From NCBI GenBank assembly GCA_049294075.1, contig JBAQCK010000170.1, forward strand, positions 5,593-69,592: a DNA stretch of 64,000 nt, given 5' to 3'. Shown here one piece after another: positions 37,805 through 52,318 of the stretch (position 1 is its first letter; each line of letters opens with the position of its first letter). The position numbers and the translations under genes were made by a program. The notes under the pieces were generated by a model that made no database searches, had not been told where the DNA came from, and saw nothing but the letters and a program-made list of their open reading frames with translations. This stretch comes from Bacteroidales bacterium (GTDB lineage: Bacteria; Bacteroidota; Bacteroidia; Bacteroidales; VadinHA17).

Positions 37805-38513
37805 TTGTCTGTTGTGCTCCGTCGCCTTTCAGGATGTAACCAGACCCTTCTTCTTTTTGATGGAATAAGGATCAGTAATTCAACCATTAGATACGGCCCG
37901 AACCAGAATTTCAAGCCGCGGCATGGAGCAGACTCTCCATTCAAATATTTCATTCTGCAACAGACTGGTTGCGGTCAGGGCCGGAGTCTCCTTACGGAAA
38001 TTCGGTGATATAGCAGGAGGGGATACAGCGGGCCGTCAGACTCCGTCGGGTTATGATGAGACAGATCATGATTTCATAGCCAGTGTCCTGCTGTCGCCCA
38101 AAACTTCTCTGACGATGCTTTATCAGAATGTAAGCCAGAAAAACATCCCGGTTTATCAACAAGTGGTGCTTGAAAACTATGCTGTGAACCAAACGGATCC
38201 GCAGAAACGGAGGCTGGCTTATGTACGGCTCAATACCGACATTGATGCAGGCATGATGAAATCGGGGATTATAACTGCATCATACCAGCAAACCAGGGAG
38301 GGTTCTGCAATGAACAGCCTTGCTCTCTTTACTGTACACTCGTTCGACCTGCCGCTATGGAACATATTCAATCTGAATGGCGGCTATACATGGAACTTCC
38401 TTGCAGCCGATCTGAGTTTCCGGAATATCCTTAACAAAGATTACAGGTATCATGGATCAGGGATAAACGGCTACGGACGCTCCCTTTTCCTTACTTTTCA
38501 GGCAAATTTTTAA
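37805..38513 (+). pseudogene. TonB-dependent receptor remnant (frameshifted and heavily deleted)
   Basis: A plug-like LLLFDGIRISNSTIRYGPNQN in one frame, VAVRAGVSLRKFGDIAGG (resembling RGPxSxLYGSxAxGG) in another, and the canonical barrel end FRNILNKDYRYHGSGINGYGRSLFLTFQANF. It spans about 0.7 kb against 2-3 kb for an intact receptor. Confidence 0.65.
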
Positions 38514-38625
38514 GCGGGCGCCCGGATGGAAAGGATAATCATTATTTTTACAAGTAAAAATACCAGGTCCGGCACCCTGGCAAAATCGGGTTATACATTG
38601 AGGGTCCAACGGTTAACCTCATTTT

Positions 38626-40872
38626 ATGCACAAAAACGGGAATACCATATTCAGGATTATCCTGGCTGCCTTTCTGCTTACTTTGGCAGTAGTTGCAGTG
38701 GCTTGTGCCGGTATGTCGGACCGTATAAAAAGCAAACAGGAACTTCTTAACTTCAAAAATGCCAACGCTTCAGTCGTTATGTCTGAAGACAATCAGCTTC
38801 TCGGGAAATATTTCTACGAAAACCGGACAAACATCTCCTTTGATCAGTTACCCGGGCATCTTGTTGATGCTCTGATTGCAACCGAAGACGTCAGGTTCTA
38901 TGATCATCATGGAACCGATCCAAGAAGCTTCCTGAGGGTTCTATTTAAGTCGATCCTCATGAACGACCGCAGTTCCGGAGGAGGGAGCACGATAACACAG
39001 CAACTGGCCAAGAATATGTTTGGCCGCACGACCAGTGGTTTTATTCCAATGGTCTCAAACAAGATCAGCGAGCTTATAATGGCCCGCCGCATCGAAAAGG
39101 TATACAGTAAGAATGATATTCTTACACTGTACCTTAATACAGTTGCCTTCGGGGAAAACGTTTATGGCATCGAGGCAGCCTCGGTCAGGTTCTTCAATAA
39201 GTCCACAGCAGACCTCGCAGTTGAAGAATCGGCGGTGCTGGTTGGAATGCTTAAGGCAAATACTTTCTATAATCCCCGCCGTAATCCTGAAAATGCAAAG
39301 GCAAGACGAAATGTGGTACTGGGGCAGATGAAGAAATACAAATTTCTTGACACGAAATCCGCAGATTCTCTTTCCCTGCTGCCGATGGTTATAGATTACA
39401 GCCGGAAAACACGGTCGGAAGGCATTGCTGATTATTTCCTGGTTCAGGTGAGGAAAGAGGCGGAGGAAGTTCTGAAGGGTTACAACTCTCCTGACGGCAG
39501 TGAATGGGATATGGAAAGAGATGGCCTTATAATAACCACAACACTTAATTTTTCCCTTCAGGATTATGCGGTACGCTCATTCAGGGAGCATCTGCAGGTT
39601 ATGCAAAAGAGGCTCGACTCACAGTACAGAACCTCATCAGGCCGCAGGGCACTGGAACAGATTACCGCCAGTGAACTCAGGAGGCTGGGACTCGAAAACA
39701 GGGCCTCTGAGATGAGGGTTCAGGAGATCTTTAGCTGGGACAGCACCTATACCGATTCTCTTTCCGTGTCGGACAGTCTTAAGCGGTCGCTTACGATCCT
39801 GCATGCCGGACTTATGGCATTGGACCCCGTGTCAGGCGGAATTAAAGCATGGGTGGGAGGGCTCGACTTCAAGACCCAGCCCTACGATCAGATTCTTGCA
39901 AGGCGCCAGCTGGCATCAGTGTTCAAGCCCGTTCTTTATGCCGCGGCCCTGGAAGATGGATTTGAACCATGCCGCTATCTCGACAACGATTCAATAACCC
40001 TGTCGGGCTTCGATGACTGGAGCCCTGAGAATTTTGACCATTCATACGGTGGAAAATACTCCTTGTCCGGGGCCCTGGCCCATTCAATGAACATACCGAC
40101 CTTCAGCCTCTTTCTTGAACTCGGATTTGAAAAGGTCAATGAGATGTGGCGAAAGATGCGCTTTTCCTTCGAGCTTGACAACACCCCTTCGCTTGCACTG
40201 GGAACTGCCGAGGCAAACATCAGGGAGGTCGCCGTTGCCTATTCATCATTTGTAAACGGAGGATACAGGATTGGGCCATGGTGCATCAGCTCTATCTCAA
40301 CTCCGTCAGGGAAGCTCATCTATTCAAGGGAGACGACAGGAGAAAAAATAAGGATTATGACCGACAGAACCAGCAATCTTATGTCAGCCATGCTGCAGAA
40401 GGCTATCAGGGAGGGAACGGGCGTCTCAATGAGTGGCGTTTATGGTGTTGATTTTCCTCTTGCCGGCAAAACCGGGACCTCACAGGATTATTCAGATGCC
40501 TGGTTTGCAGCTTTTAACCCCGGGCTGGTTATGGTTTCAAGGGCAGGGGCATCATCAAGATCCGTTCACTTCAACAGCGGATCGAATGGATCCGGAAGCG
40601 CACTGGCGCTGCCACTCGTGGCTCTCACCCTGAAGAAGATGAAGCAGAACCGGACTCTGAGCCAAAGCCTTATAAAACCTTTTCCCGAGCTTCCTCCTGA
40701 ACTTGCCCGCGCTCTCGATTGCCCCGATTTCAGGGAGGACAGTTTTTTTGACATGATAATTGATATCTTTGAAAAGGATGAAAAGGAATACGATACTCCC
40801 GAACGCAGGGTAGAGAGAAGGATTAACAACATTATAAGAAAAATTTTAAAGAAGAGAAATTATGAAAAATAA
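38626..40872 (+). CDS. mrcA: Penicillin-binding protein 1A (bifunctional transglycosylase/transpeptidase)
   Basis: 748 aa. GT51 motifs ATEDVRFYDHHG, GGSTITQQLAKN and RKI.E, plus transpeptidase SVFKP and KTGT. Confidence 0.9.
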   Translation: MHKNGNTIFRIILAAFLLTLAVVAVACAGMSDRIKSKQELLNFKNANASVVMSEDNQLLGKYFYENRTNISFDQLPGHLVDALIATEDVRFYDHHGTDPRSFLRVLFKSILMNDRSSGGGSTITQQLAKNMFGRTTSGFIPMVSNKISELIMARRIEKVYSKNDILTLYLNTVAFGENVYGIEAASVRFFNKSTADLAVEESAVLVGMLKANTFYNPRRNPENAKARRNVVLGQMKKYKFLDTKSADSLSLLPMVIDYSRKTRSEGIADYFLVQVRKEAEEVLKGYNSPDGSEWDMERDGLIITTTLNFSLQDYAVRSFREHLQVMQKRLDSQYRTSSGRRALEQITASELRRLGLENRASEMRVQEIFSWDSTYTDSLSVSDSLKRSLTILHAGLMALDPVSGGIKAWVGGLDFKTQPYDQILARRQLASVFKPVLYAAALEDGFEPCRYLDNDSITLSGFDDWSPENFDHSYGGKYSLSGALAHSMNIPTFSLFLELGFEKVNEMWRKMRFSFELDNTPSLALGTAEANIREVAVAYSSFVNGGYRIGPWCISSISTPSGKLIYSRETTGEKIRIMTDRTSNLMSAMLQKAIREGTGVSMSGVYGVDFPLAGKTGTSQDYSDAWFAAFNPGLVMVSRAGASSRSVHFNSGSNGSGSALALPLVALTLKKMKQNRTLSQSLIKPFPELPPELARALDCPDFREDSFFDMIIDIFEKDEKEYDTPERRVERRINNIIRKILKKRNYEK

Positions 40873-42148
40873 ATTGTTCCGGACTTTATCAATTGTCTGT
40901 ACTATCATTTTGATAATCCCCGGCCTGGCTTGTTCCCAGGACATGAACTGGACCCATTTCAGGGGTAACAACCTGAATGGCTTATCCTCAGCTGTAAATA
41001 TTCCGCTTGAGTGGAACGAAGGCAATACAAAATGGAAGACCACTGTACATGGAAGCGGACATTCTTCACCGGTTGTCTATGGAAACCAGGTCTGGGTTAC
41101 CACTGCCACTTCCGACGGCACTCAACTCTTTGCAGTCTGCGTCGATTTCAGGACAGGAAAAATAATCCATGACGTTAAGGTGTTTGATGTTGATGACCGT
41201 ATAAGCAAGCACGGGATAAATACCTATGCCAGTCCGACACCATGCATTGAAAACGGCTTCGTGTATGTTCATTTCGGCAGTCTTGGCACAGCCTGTCTCA
41301 GAACTGACGACGGATCGGTCGTATGGAAGCGTACCGACCTGAAATGCAATCATGTGCAGGGACCGGGCTCATCGCCTGTGCTCTACAGGAACCTGCTTAT
41401 ACTGCATTATGAAGGCACCGATGTCAGGTTTATCGTGGCGCTTGACAAGGAAACGGGAAAACAGGTGTGGCGGACCGACAGGCCGGAAGAACCTTACAAG
41501 GCCCTGGCCAACATCGGGAAAAAGGCTTATGTTACCCCTTTGATTATGAACGTAAAGGGAAGAGATCTCCTCATATCCAACGGATCAGCGGTGTGCTGCG
41601 CTTATGAGCCGCTTACAGGAAAAGAGGTATGGAGAGTAGTGGGTGGAGCCGAATCGACTGTTCCAATGCCTGTGGCATGGAATGGTAAGGTCTTCTTTTA
41701 CACTGGCTCCGTAAACAGTCCGGACGGCAGGACCTACACCGAAATGTTTGCTGTTAATCCTGAAGGGAAAGGAGATATCACTTCAACCAGCATACTCTGG
41801 AAAAAGCGGGACGACCAGGCGCACACCCAGATGCTTACACCGGTGGTGAAGGATGGCCTGATTTATACTGTCAACACGAGGAATTACCTTATGTGCATTG
41901 ATGCTGAGACAGGAAAGGAAATCTGGTCGGAAAGACTCAGGTCCGATCACAACGCCTCACCGGTAATTGCAGAGGACCTTGTCTGGTTCTTTTCGGTTAA
42001 GGGAGAAGTGACTGCTGCGCGTACCGGCCGCAAACCGGATATAGTATCCCGTATCCAGATGGATTCGGGGATATGGGGTACACCCGCCTTTATCGGAAAG
42101 TCGGTGATAGTAAGGACAGAAAAGTACCTCTGCAGGATAGAGAAATAG
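40862..42148 (+). CDS. PQQ-like beta-propeller repeat protein (BamB-like fold)
   Basis: 428 aa with a signal peptide. Repeated G..VW/ G.E.W blade motifs. Its start overlaps the PBP1A 3' end by 11 nt. Confidence 0.7.
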   Translation: MKNKLFRTLSIVCTIILIIPGLACSQDMNWTHFRGNNLNGLSSAVNIPLEWNEGNTKWKTTVHGSGHSSPVVYGNQVWVTTATSDGTQLFAVCVDFRTGKIIHDVKVFDVDDRISKHGINTYASPTPCIENGFVYVHFGSLGTACLRTDDGSVVWKRTDLKCNHVQGPGSSPVLYRNLLILHYEGTDVRFIVALDKETGKQVWRTDRPEEPYKALANIGKKAYVTPLIMNVKGRDLLISNGSAVCCAYEPLTGKEVWRVVGGAESTVPMPVAWNGKVFFYTGSVNSPDGRTYTEMFAVNPEGKGDITSTSILWKKRDDQAHTQMLTPVVKDGLIYTVNTRNYLMCIDAETGKEIWSERLRSDHNASPVIAEDLVWFFSVKGEVTAARTGRKPDIVSRIQMDSGIWGTPAFIGKSVIVRTEKYLCRIEK

Positions 42149-42149
42149 T

Positions 42150-42495
42150 TTTGTTAAAACCGCAAATACTTTAGGCGTTTTCCCTGGTAAACTCAGGATA
42201 CTGGGCGTTTCACCGGGCATTACTTTTGTTTTGTTCGCGGGGATACTTATGGGACATCCGGGATTCACTGCCTGAAAAGTTAAATATCATAGTTACAAAT
42301 CCACTGATCTTCAACAAGCCCGTTTCGGAAGTTGCCAGGATATTAAGCGAAGTTGTTGTTATCTCCGGAATACTTCACAAAGGGAATCTTAATACAGCTT
42401 CTTCAGAGAATGTCATTCATGAGGGAGATATAATACCGGTGGTGACCAGAAAGGGAATGGCAAGGGAAGTATTGCAGCTTACCGCTTCAATGTGA
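42150..42495 (+). pseudogene. YidE/YbjL-type (aspartate:alanine exchanger family) transporter remnant
   Basis: An N-terminal TM piece ([32 protein letters not shown], stop at 42273) sits in one frame. A TrkA-C/RCK-C-like piece (VSEVARILSEVVVISGILHKGNLNTASSENVIHEGDIIPVVT) sits in another frame. There is no start codon, and most of the roughly 550 aa protein is missing. Confidence 0.5.
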
Positions 42496-42800
42496 TCAGA
42501 TCCCGCTCAGCTGAACTCCTTCAAAACGCATCGAAGGCAGCCTTATGGAATCGTCTTCCCTGATATCACTTCCCATTTCCTTCAGATTGAACCAGAACCG
42601 GTTCATATTGCCGGCAATGTTCATTTCGTTAATGGGATGGACGATCTGACCATTTTCGATATAGAATCCCTCGATACCATATGAGAAATCACCCGTTGAA
42701 CCGTTGCAGTTGGCCACGATGAAACCTGTTATCAGGACTCCCTTTTTCATGGAAGCAATTAGTTCATCGAGATTCCTGGTACCTGTTTCGAAAACCACTT
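42496..42800 (-). pseudogene. PmbA/TldD family metalloprotease, C-terminal remnant only
   Basis: LDELIASMKKGVLITG...NGSTGDFSYGIEGFYIENGQIVHPINEMNIAGN...LPSMRFEGVQLSG matches the last roughly 100 aa of PmbA/TldD (about 440 aa). The upstream part of the ORF shows no family similarity. Confidence 0.6.
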
Positions 42801-43009
42801 GTAAGATCAAGTTTATATAAATTCTGACGAATTGTCTCCTGTAACCTGGAAATATTTTATCAGAAAAGGCGGCAGAAATCTTACGAAGATGCAGTTTTGC
42901 AGAAATATTTTTACAGGACTTTCCCAAAAAACACCACATAACAAACGTCTGATAAGCCGGTATTGTTTACTTTTACAACTTCTCATAAAGAAACCGGTAA
43001 ATTACAACA

Positions 43010-43972
43010 ATGTTAATGAAAGTCCTCATCACCGGATCATCAGGATCTATAGGAAGCGTAGTCGCCTCGAGCCTTGCAGAAAGAAAAATTCCGGTTATCG
43101 CTGTCGATCTGAGAGACCTGCCGGATACTTCAAAGAGCGGGTATTATAAATTCTATAATTGCAGCATCACGGAGAAGGAAAAGCTTGAGAAAATATTTGA
43201 AGAGGAGCGTCCGACACACGTGATTCATCTGGCAAGCACGTTTCACAAGATCCGCGACAGGCAGCTGGAGTATCAGATTGATGTGGACGGGTCGGCAAAT
43301 ATCCTGGATATATGCAACAGGACTTCATCGGTTAAGCAGCTGATATTTTCAAGCTCTGCAACCATATACGGGGCTCACAGGGATAATCCGGAATGGATCA
43401 GCGAGACCGATCCCGTCAGGCCGGGGAAATATGTATATGGCCTGAACAAGAAACATATCGAGGAAATGTTAATGAATTCACCGGTAAGGGAGGATCTTCA
43501 CAGGGTGTTATGCCGGATATGCACCGTCATCGGTCCTACCTACAATAAGCCTGCAACCATAGTGTCGATGCTGCTGAAAATAGGCTGGCTGCCTTCGTTC
43601 ACAAAAAGCAACAGGGTCCAGTTCATTCATACCGACGACCTTGCTGAACTGATACATCTGATTCTCAAGGATGACGAAATAGCAGGGATCTATAATCTGG
43701 CGCCTGACAGTTATTCTCCGATCAAGGACCTTGTGCCCGGGAAGAAATACATTTGGATACCTCTGGGCCTTGTCAGACTTTTTATCTCAATACTGTGGCC
43801 GCTCAGGCTTCTGAATCTTGAACCGGCCGGTGTGAACGCGAGTATCTATCCGATTGTAATTGATCCGAAAAAAATAATCTCGAGGTACAATTACAAGTTC
43901 AGGTATTCCTCCGACCAGGCATTCGGGGATGTAAAAATAAGGAACATGATACCTGCAGATGCCAGGTTCTAG
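43010..43972 (+). CDS. NAD-dependent epimerase/dehydratase (extended SDR)
   Basis: 320 aa. Rossmann motif VLITGSSGSIGS and catalytic YxxxK (YGLNK). Confidence 0.75.
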   Translation: MLMKVLITGSSGSIGSVVASSLAERKIPVIAVDLRDLPDTSKSGYYKFYNCSITEKEKLEKIFEEERPTHVIHLASTFHKIRDRQLEYQIDVDGSANILDICNRTSSVKQLIFSSSATIYGAHRDNPEWISETDPVRPGKYVYGLNKKHIEEMLMNSPVREDLHRVLCRICTVIGPTYNKPATIVSMLLKIGWLPSFTKSNRVQFIHTDDLAELIHLILKDDEIAGIYNLAPDSYSPIKDLVPGKKYIWIPLGLVRLFISILWPLRLLNLEPAGVNASIYPIVIDPKKIISRYNYKFRYSSDQAFGDVKIRNMIPADARF

Positions 43973-43997
43973 TCAATCATCCTGTAATTGCATCCGG

Positions 43998-46541
43998 CTA
44001 TTTGAGTCCCACTGTAACGGCAGCGCCCTTAAGTCCTTTTGAATCTGCTTTTACCGTAAATGAACCGGCAGCTCCCTTATCGGCTTTTACTATCATAAGG
44101 CACAGCCCGTTATAAGCTTTCCTTTGGGAGGCCTGGAACGGATCGTGGCTGGTGGCATCCCCGTTATCGACTGCAACTATTTTCCCCGGGCCCTGGATGC
44201 TGAAATTCACAAGGTTGCTGCTGCGCGGCACCATATTGCCGTTCTTGTCTTCAATCCTTATGGTAATAAACACCAGGTCGGTTCCGTCGGCTGTGATTTC
44301 AGGACGGTCTGCTGAAGCTGAAAGCTTTGATGCTTTGCCTGTTGTTACCACTTTTCCCTCGGCCCACTTTTCCCCATTTTTGTAAGCAATAACTTTAAGT
44401 TCTCCAGGCTGGTAAACAACATCATCCCACCTGAGCCTGTATTCAAACTGGCCTTTTTTCTTTTTTCCGAGTGATTTGCCGTTAAGGAATAATTCTGCCT
44501 CATCGCCCGATGTGTATACATGAACCGGGGTTACCTGACCTTTTCTCTCCGGCCAGTTCCAGTGGGGGAGTATGTGAGCCATTGGAAGATCGGGCTTCCA
44601 TTTTGACTGGTACAGGTAAAAGCGGTCCTTTTTGAAGCCTGCCAGGTCGATTATTCCGAAATAGCTGCTGCGCGACGGCACTTCCGTCACATTCTGCTTG
44701 TCGAGCAGGGCTTTTGCCTGATCATACCTTCTTGTCCCGGGCCTTAATCCTGTAAGATCACCTCCATAAGGTGTCGGTTCTCCAATATAGTCAAATCCGG
44801 TCCAGACAAACTCGCCGAAAACGCCGGGGTATTTATCCTGCATCTCCCACTGCTGGTCGGGCGTTGATGCCCAGGCCGGATAGGCAAGGTCGTAGGAAGA
44901 GATCTGGAATATGCCTTTGCCCGGCAGGTTATTGTTAAGGTCGCCCTCGACTACAGGGAAGAAATACTCTCCCCTGGAGCTTACAGTCGAGGCCGATTCG
45001 CTCGAGTGGAAGGGAAGGTCATCATTGTCTTTCAGTGCAAAGAAAGCATCGTACCTGTAAAGCCTGTAATTTATTCCGAAAGCATCCACTGTAAGCTGGA
45101 AACCGTTTGTGCCTGATTCGTCCCAGTTGCATCCCACTGTGACCGGTCTGGTGTTATCTTCCGATTTGATGATCCGTCTGAGGCTTTCTGACAGTGCAGG
45201 GTTATTCTGGTCTCCGATTTCATTTCCGGTGCTCCACATGAAGACGGACGGATGATTACGGTCACGGCGGACCATTGCCCTGAGATCCTCTTCGTGCCAT
45301 GCATAGAAGAGCTTGTTGTAATCGTTGCGTTTCTTGGGGGTCTTCCACGCGTCAAAAGCTTCATCCTGTACCAGGAATCCCATCCTGTCGCAGAGATCGA
45401 GCAGTTCGGGGGCGGGAGGATTGTGACTTGTTCTGACGGCATTGCAGCCCATTTCCTTCAGTATCTCGAGCTGGCGTTCGGCAGCCCTGATGTTGAAAGC
45501 GGCGCCGAGAGCCCCAAGGTCGTGGTGGTTGCATACCCCGTTGACGGGAATTTTTTTGCCGTTAAGGAAAAAGCCGTCGCGTGCAGTGAATTCAAGTGTC
45601 CTGAAACCAAAATTGCCTGTACATATATCAGAGGTCTCATTTCCATTGAGGACAGATACTGCTACCCTGTAAAGCTCAGGATTCTCAAGATCCCACAGGG
45701 CAGGCTCCTTAACATTGACATCAACCCTGAATGTGTGATCTCCGTTGGCGGGTACCCGGGCTGCAGGTGATGTGAATTCCGCTACAGGGGCTGATGATGC
45801 ATTGCCTTGTTTGTCGAGTTTATAAACTGAAGCCCTGATCGCGGCTGAAACGGGTTTGGCGAAATGGCTCTCCACTTCAGCTTTCACGCTGACAACTCCG
45901 TTTTCCTTTTTGATCCCGGGTGTGGTGACATAGAGTCCGTTATACGAAACATGAAGTTGTGAGGTCTTAACCAGCCAGACGTTGCGGTACAGCCCGGCTC
46001 CGGGGTACCATCTTGAATCCCAGCTTTTTGTGTCGAGCCTGACGGCTATTACGTTTTCCTTTCCGAAGGCTGCGTAGGGAGTAAGGTCAAGCCTGAAAGA
46101 AGAGTATCCGTAGGGCCATCCGCCGACAAGCTCCCCGTTGAGCCACACTTCCGCATAAGCCATTGCTCCGTCGAAGTCGATGTAGATCCGGTTGTTCCTG
46201 TCGGTTTCATCGAGGGTGAAATGCTTTCTGTACCATCCTATTCCTTTCCAGGGAAGAAGTCCGGTATTATTTTCAAGTGTATCGCTGAAGGGGCCTTCTA
46301 TGGCCCAGTCGTGAGGCAGGTCAAGGGTCCGCCAGGCCTTGTCGTCGGCTGTCGGAAGCTGAAGTCCGGAAGGCTCCTTGTCGAATGTCGCGGCATCAGT
46401 TGATGCATTGAAGAACTTGATGAATTTCCAGCCCTGGTTGAACGACTCGCGCGACCTGGGGGAATCCTGTGCCTCCGACAAGGTCCAATTACAGCTGAGT
46501 ACGACTACAATTAAAAACAGGGAAGGTAGAAAACGTTTCAT
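43998..46541 (-). CDS. Glycoside hydrolase family 2 (beta-galactosidase/beta-glucuronidase-like), secreted
   Basis: 847 aa with a signal peptide. GH2 sugar-binding N-domain (WR.L.LPHDW), RTSHNPP, and NHPSVFMWSTGNE (acid/base Glu). Confidence 0.85.
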   Translation of the reverse strand: MKRFLPSLFLIVVVLSCNWTLSEAQDSPRSRESFNQGWKFIKFFNASTDAATFDKEPSGLQLPTADDKAWRTLDLPHDWAIEGPFSDTLENNTGLLPWKGIGWYRKHFTLDETDRNNRIYIDFDGAMAYAEVWLNGELVGGWPYGYSSFRLDLTPYAAFGKENVIAVRLDTKSWDSRWYPGAGLYRNVWLVKTSQLHVSYNGLYVTTPGIKKENGVVSVKAEVESHFAKPVSAAIRASVYKLDKQGNASSAPVAEFTSPAARVPANGDHTFRVDVNVKEPALWDLENPELYRVAVSVLNGNETSDICTGNFGFRTLEFTARDGFFLNGKKIPVNGVCNHHDLGALGAAFNIRAAERQLEILKEMGCNAVRTSHNPPAPELLDLCDRMGFLVQDEAFDAWKTPKKRNDYNKLFYAWHEEDLRAMVRRDRNHPSVFMWSTGNEIGDQNNPALSESLRRIIKSEDNTRPVTVGCNWDESGTNGFQLTVDAFGINYRLYRYDAFFALKDNDDLPFHSSESASTVSSRGEYFFPVVEGDLNNNLPGKGIFQISSYDLAYPAWASTPDQQWEMQDKYPGVFGEFVWTGFDYIGEPTPYGGDLTGLRPGTRRYDQAKALLDKQNVTEVPSRSSYFGIIDLAGFKKDRFYLYQSKWKPDLPMAHILPHWNWPERKGQVTPVHVYTSGDEAELFLNGKSLGKKKKGQFEYRLRWDDVVYQPGELKVIAYKNGEKWAEGKVVTTGKASKLSASADRPEITADGTDLVFITIRIEDKNGNMVPRSSNLVNFSIQGPGKIVAVDNGDATSHDPFQASQRKAYNGLCLMIVKADKGAAGSFTVKADSKGLKGAAVTVGLK

Positions 46542-46660
46542 GGTCTTTGGTTTAGGTTATAATATTTTTCTAAAGTAGACAATTCGGGCGAATTAGTGCT
46601 ATCATAAAGGAGAAATAACAAGCTGAATGGAAGTCGTGCAGGTCTTTTCTAAGGAAAGAT

Positions 46661-46688
46661 AGCTGACAGCTGACAGCTGACAGCTGAT
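46661..46688. repeat. Heptanucleotide tandem repeat (AGCTGAC) x4
   Basis: agctgac agctgac agctgac agctgat read directly. This produces CAGCTG palindromes at 7-bp spacing. A degenerate copy, agctgaa, lies at 46621. The repeat is in the divergent GH2/M1 intergenic region. Confidence 0.95.
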
Positions 46689-46715
46689 CGCTAATGGCAT
46701 ATTAATTTAATCTTT

Positions 46716-46723
46716 TACTTTTG
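46716..46723 (+). promoter_or_regulatory. Candidate -7 promoter box (TACTTTTG) for the M1 peptidase gene
   Basis: Exact TAnnTTTG 22 nt upstream of the ATG at 46745. Confidence 0.45.
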
Positions 46724-46744
46724 TCAGGTTAACCTAACCGAGAA

Positions 46745-52289
<5,545 letters not shown>

Positions 52290-52318
52290 TCGGACCTGCC
52301 AGGACTATTTAATTGTAA

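Noticed and set aside
37546-37953. 135-aa - strand ORF in the 37.5-38 kb gap
   Set aside because: It reads straight through the intrinsic terminator hairpin and is antisense to the TonB-dependent receptor remnant. It has an Arg/Pro/Cys-rich composition and no motifs.
38526-38750. 74-aa ORF overlapping the PBP1A start
   Set aside because: It overlaps the mrcA 5' end out of frame and shows no protein-like features.
46661-46688. Possible mini-CRISPR or other spaced repeat array
   Set aside because: The units are 7 bp and directly adjacent with no spacers, and no cas genes are present. It is a simple tandem repeat.
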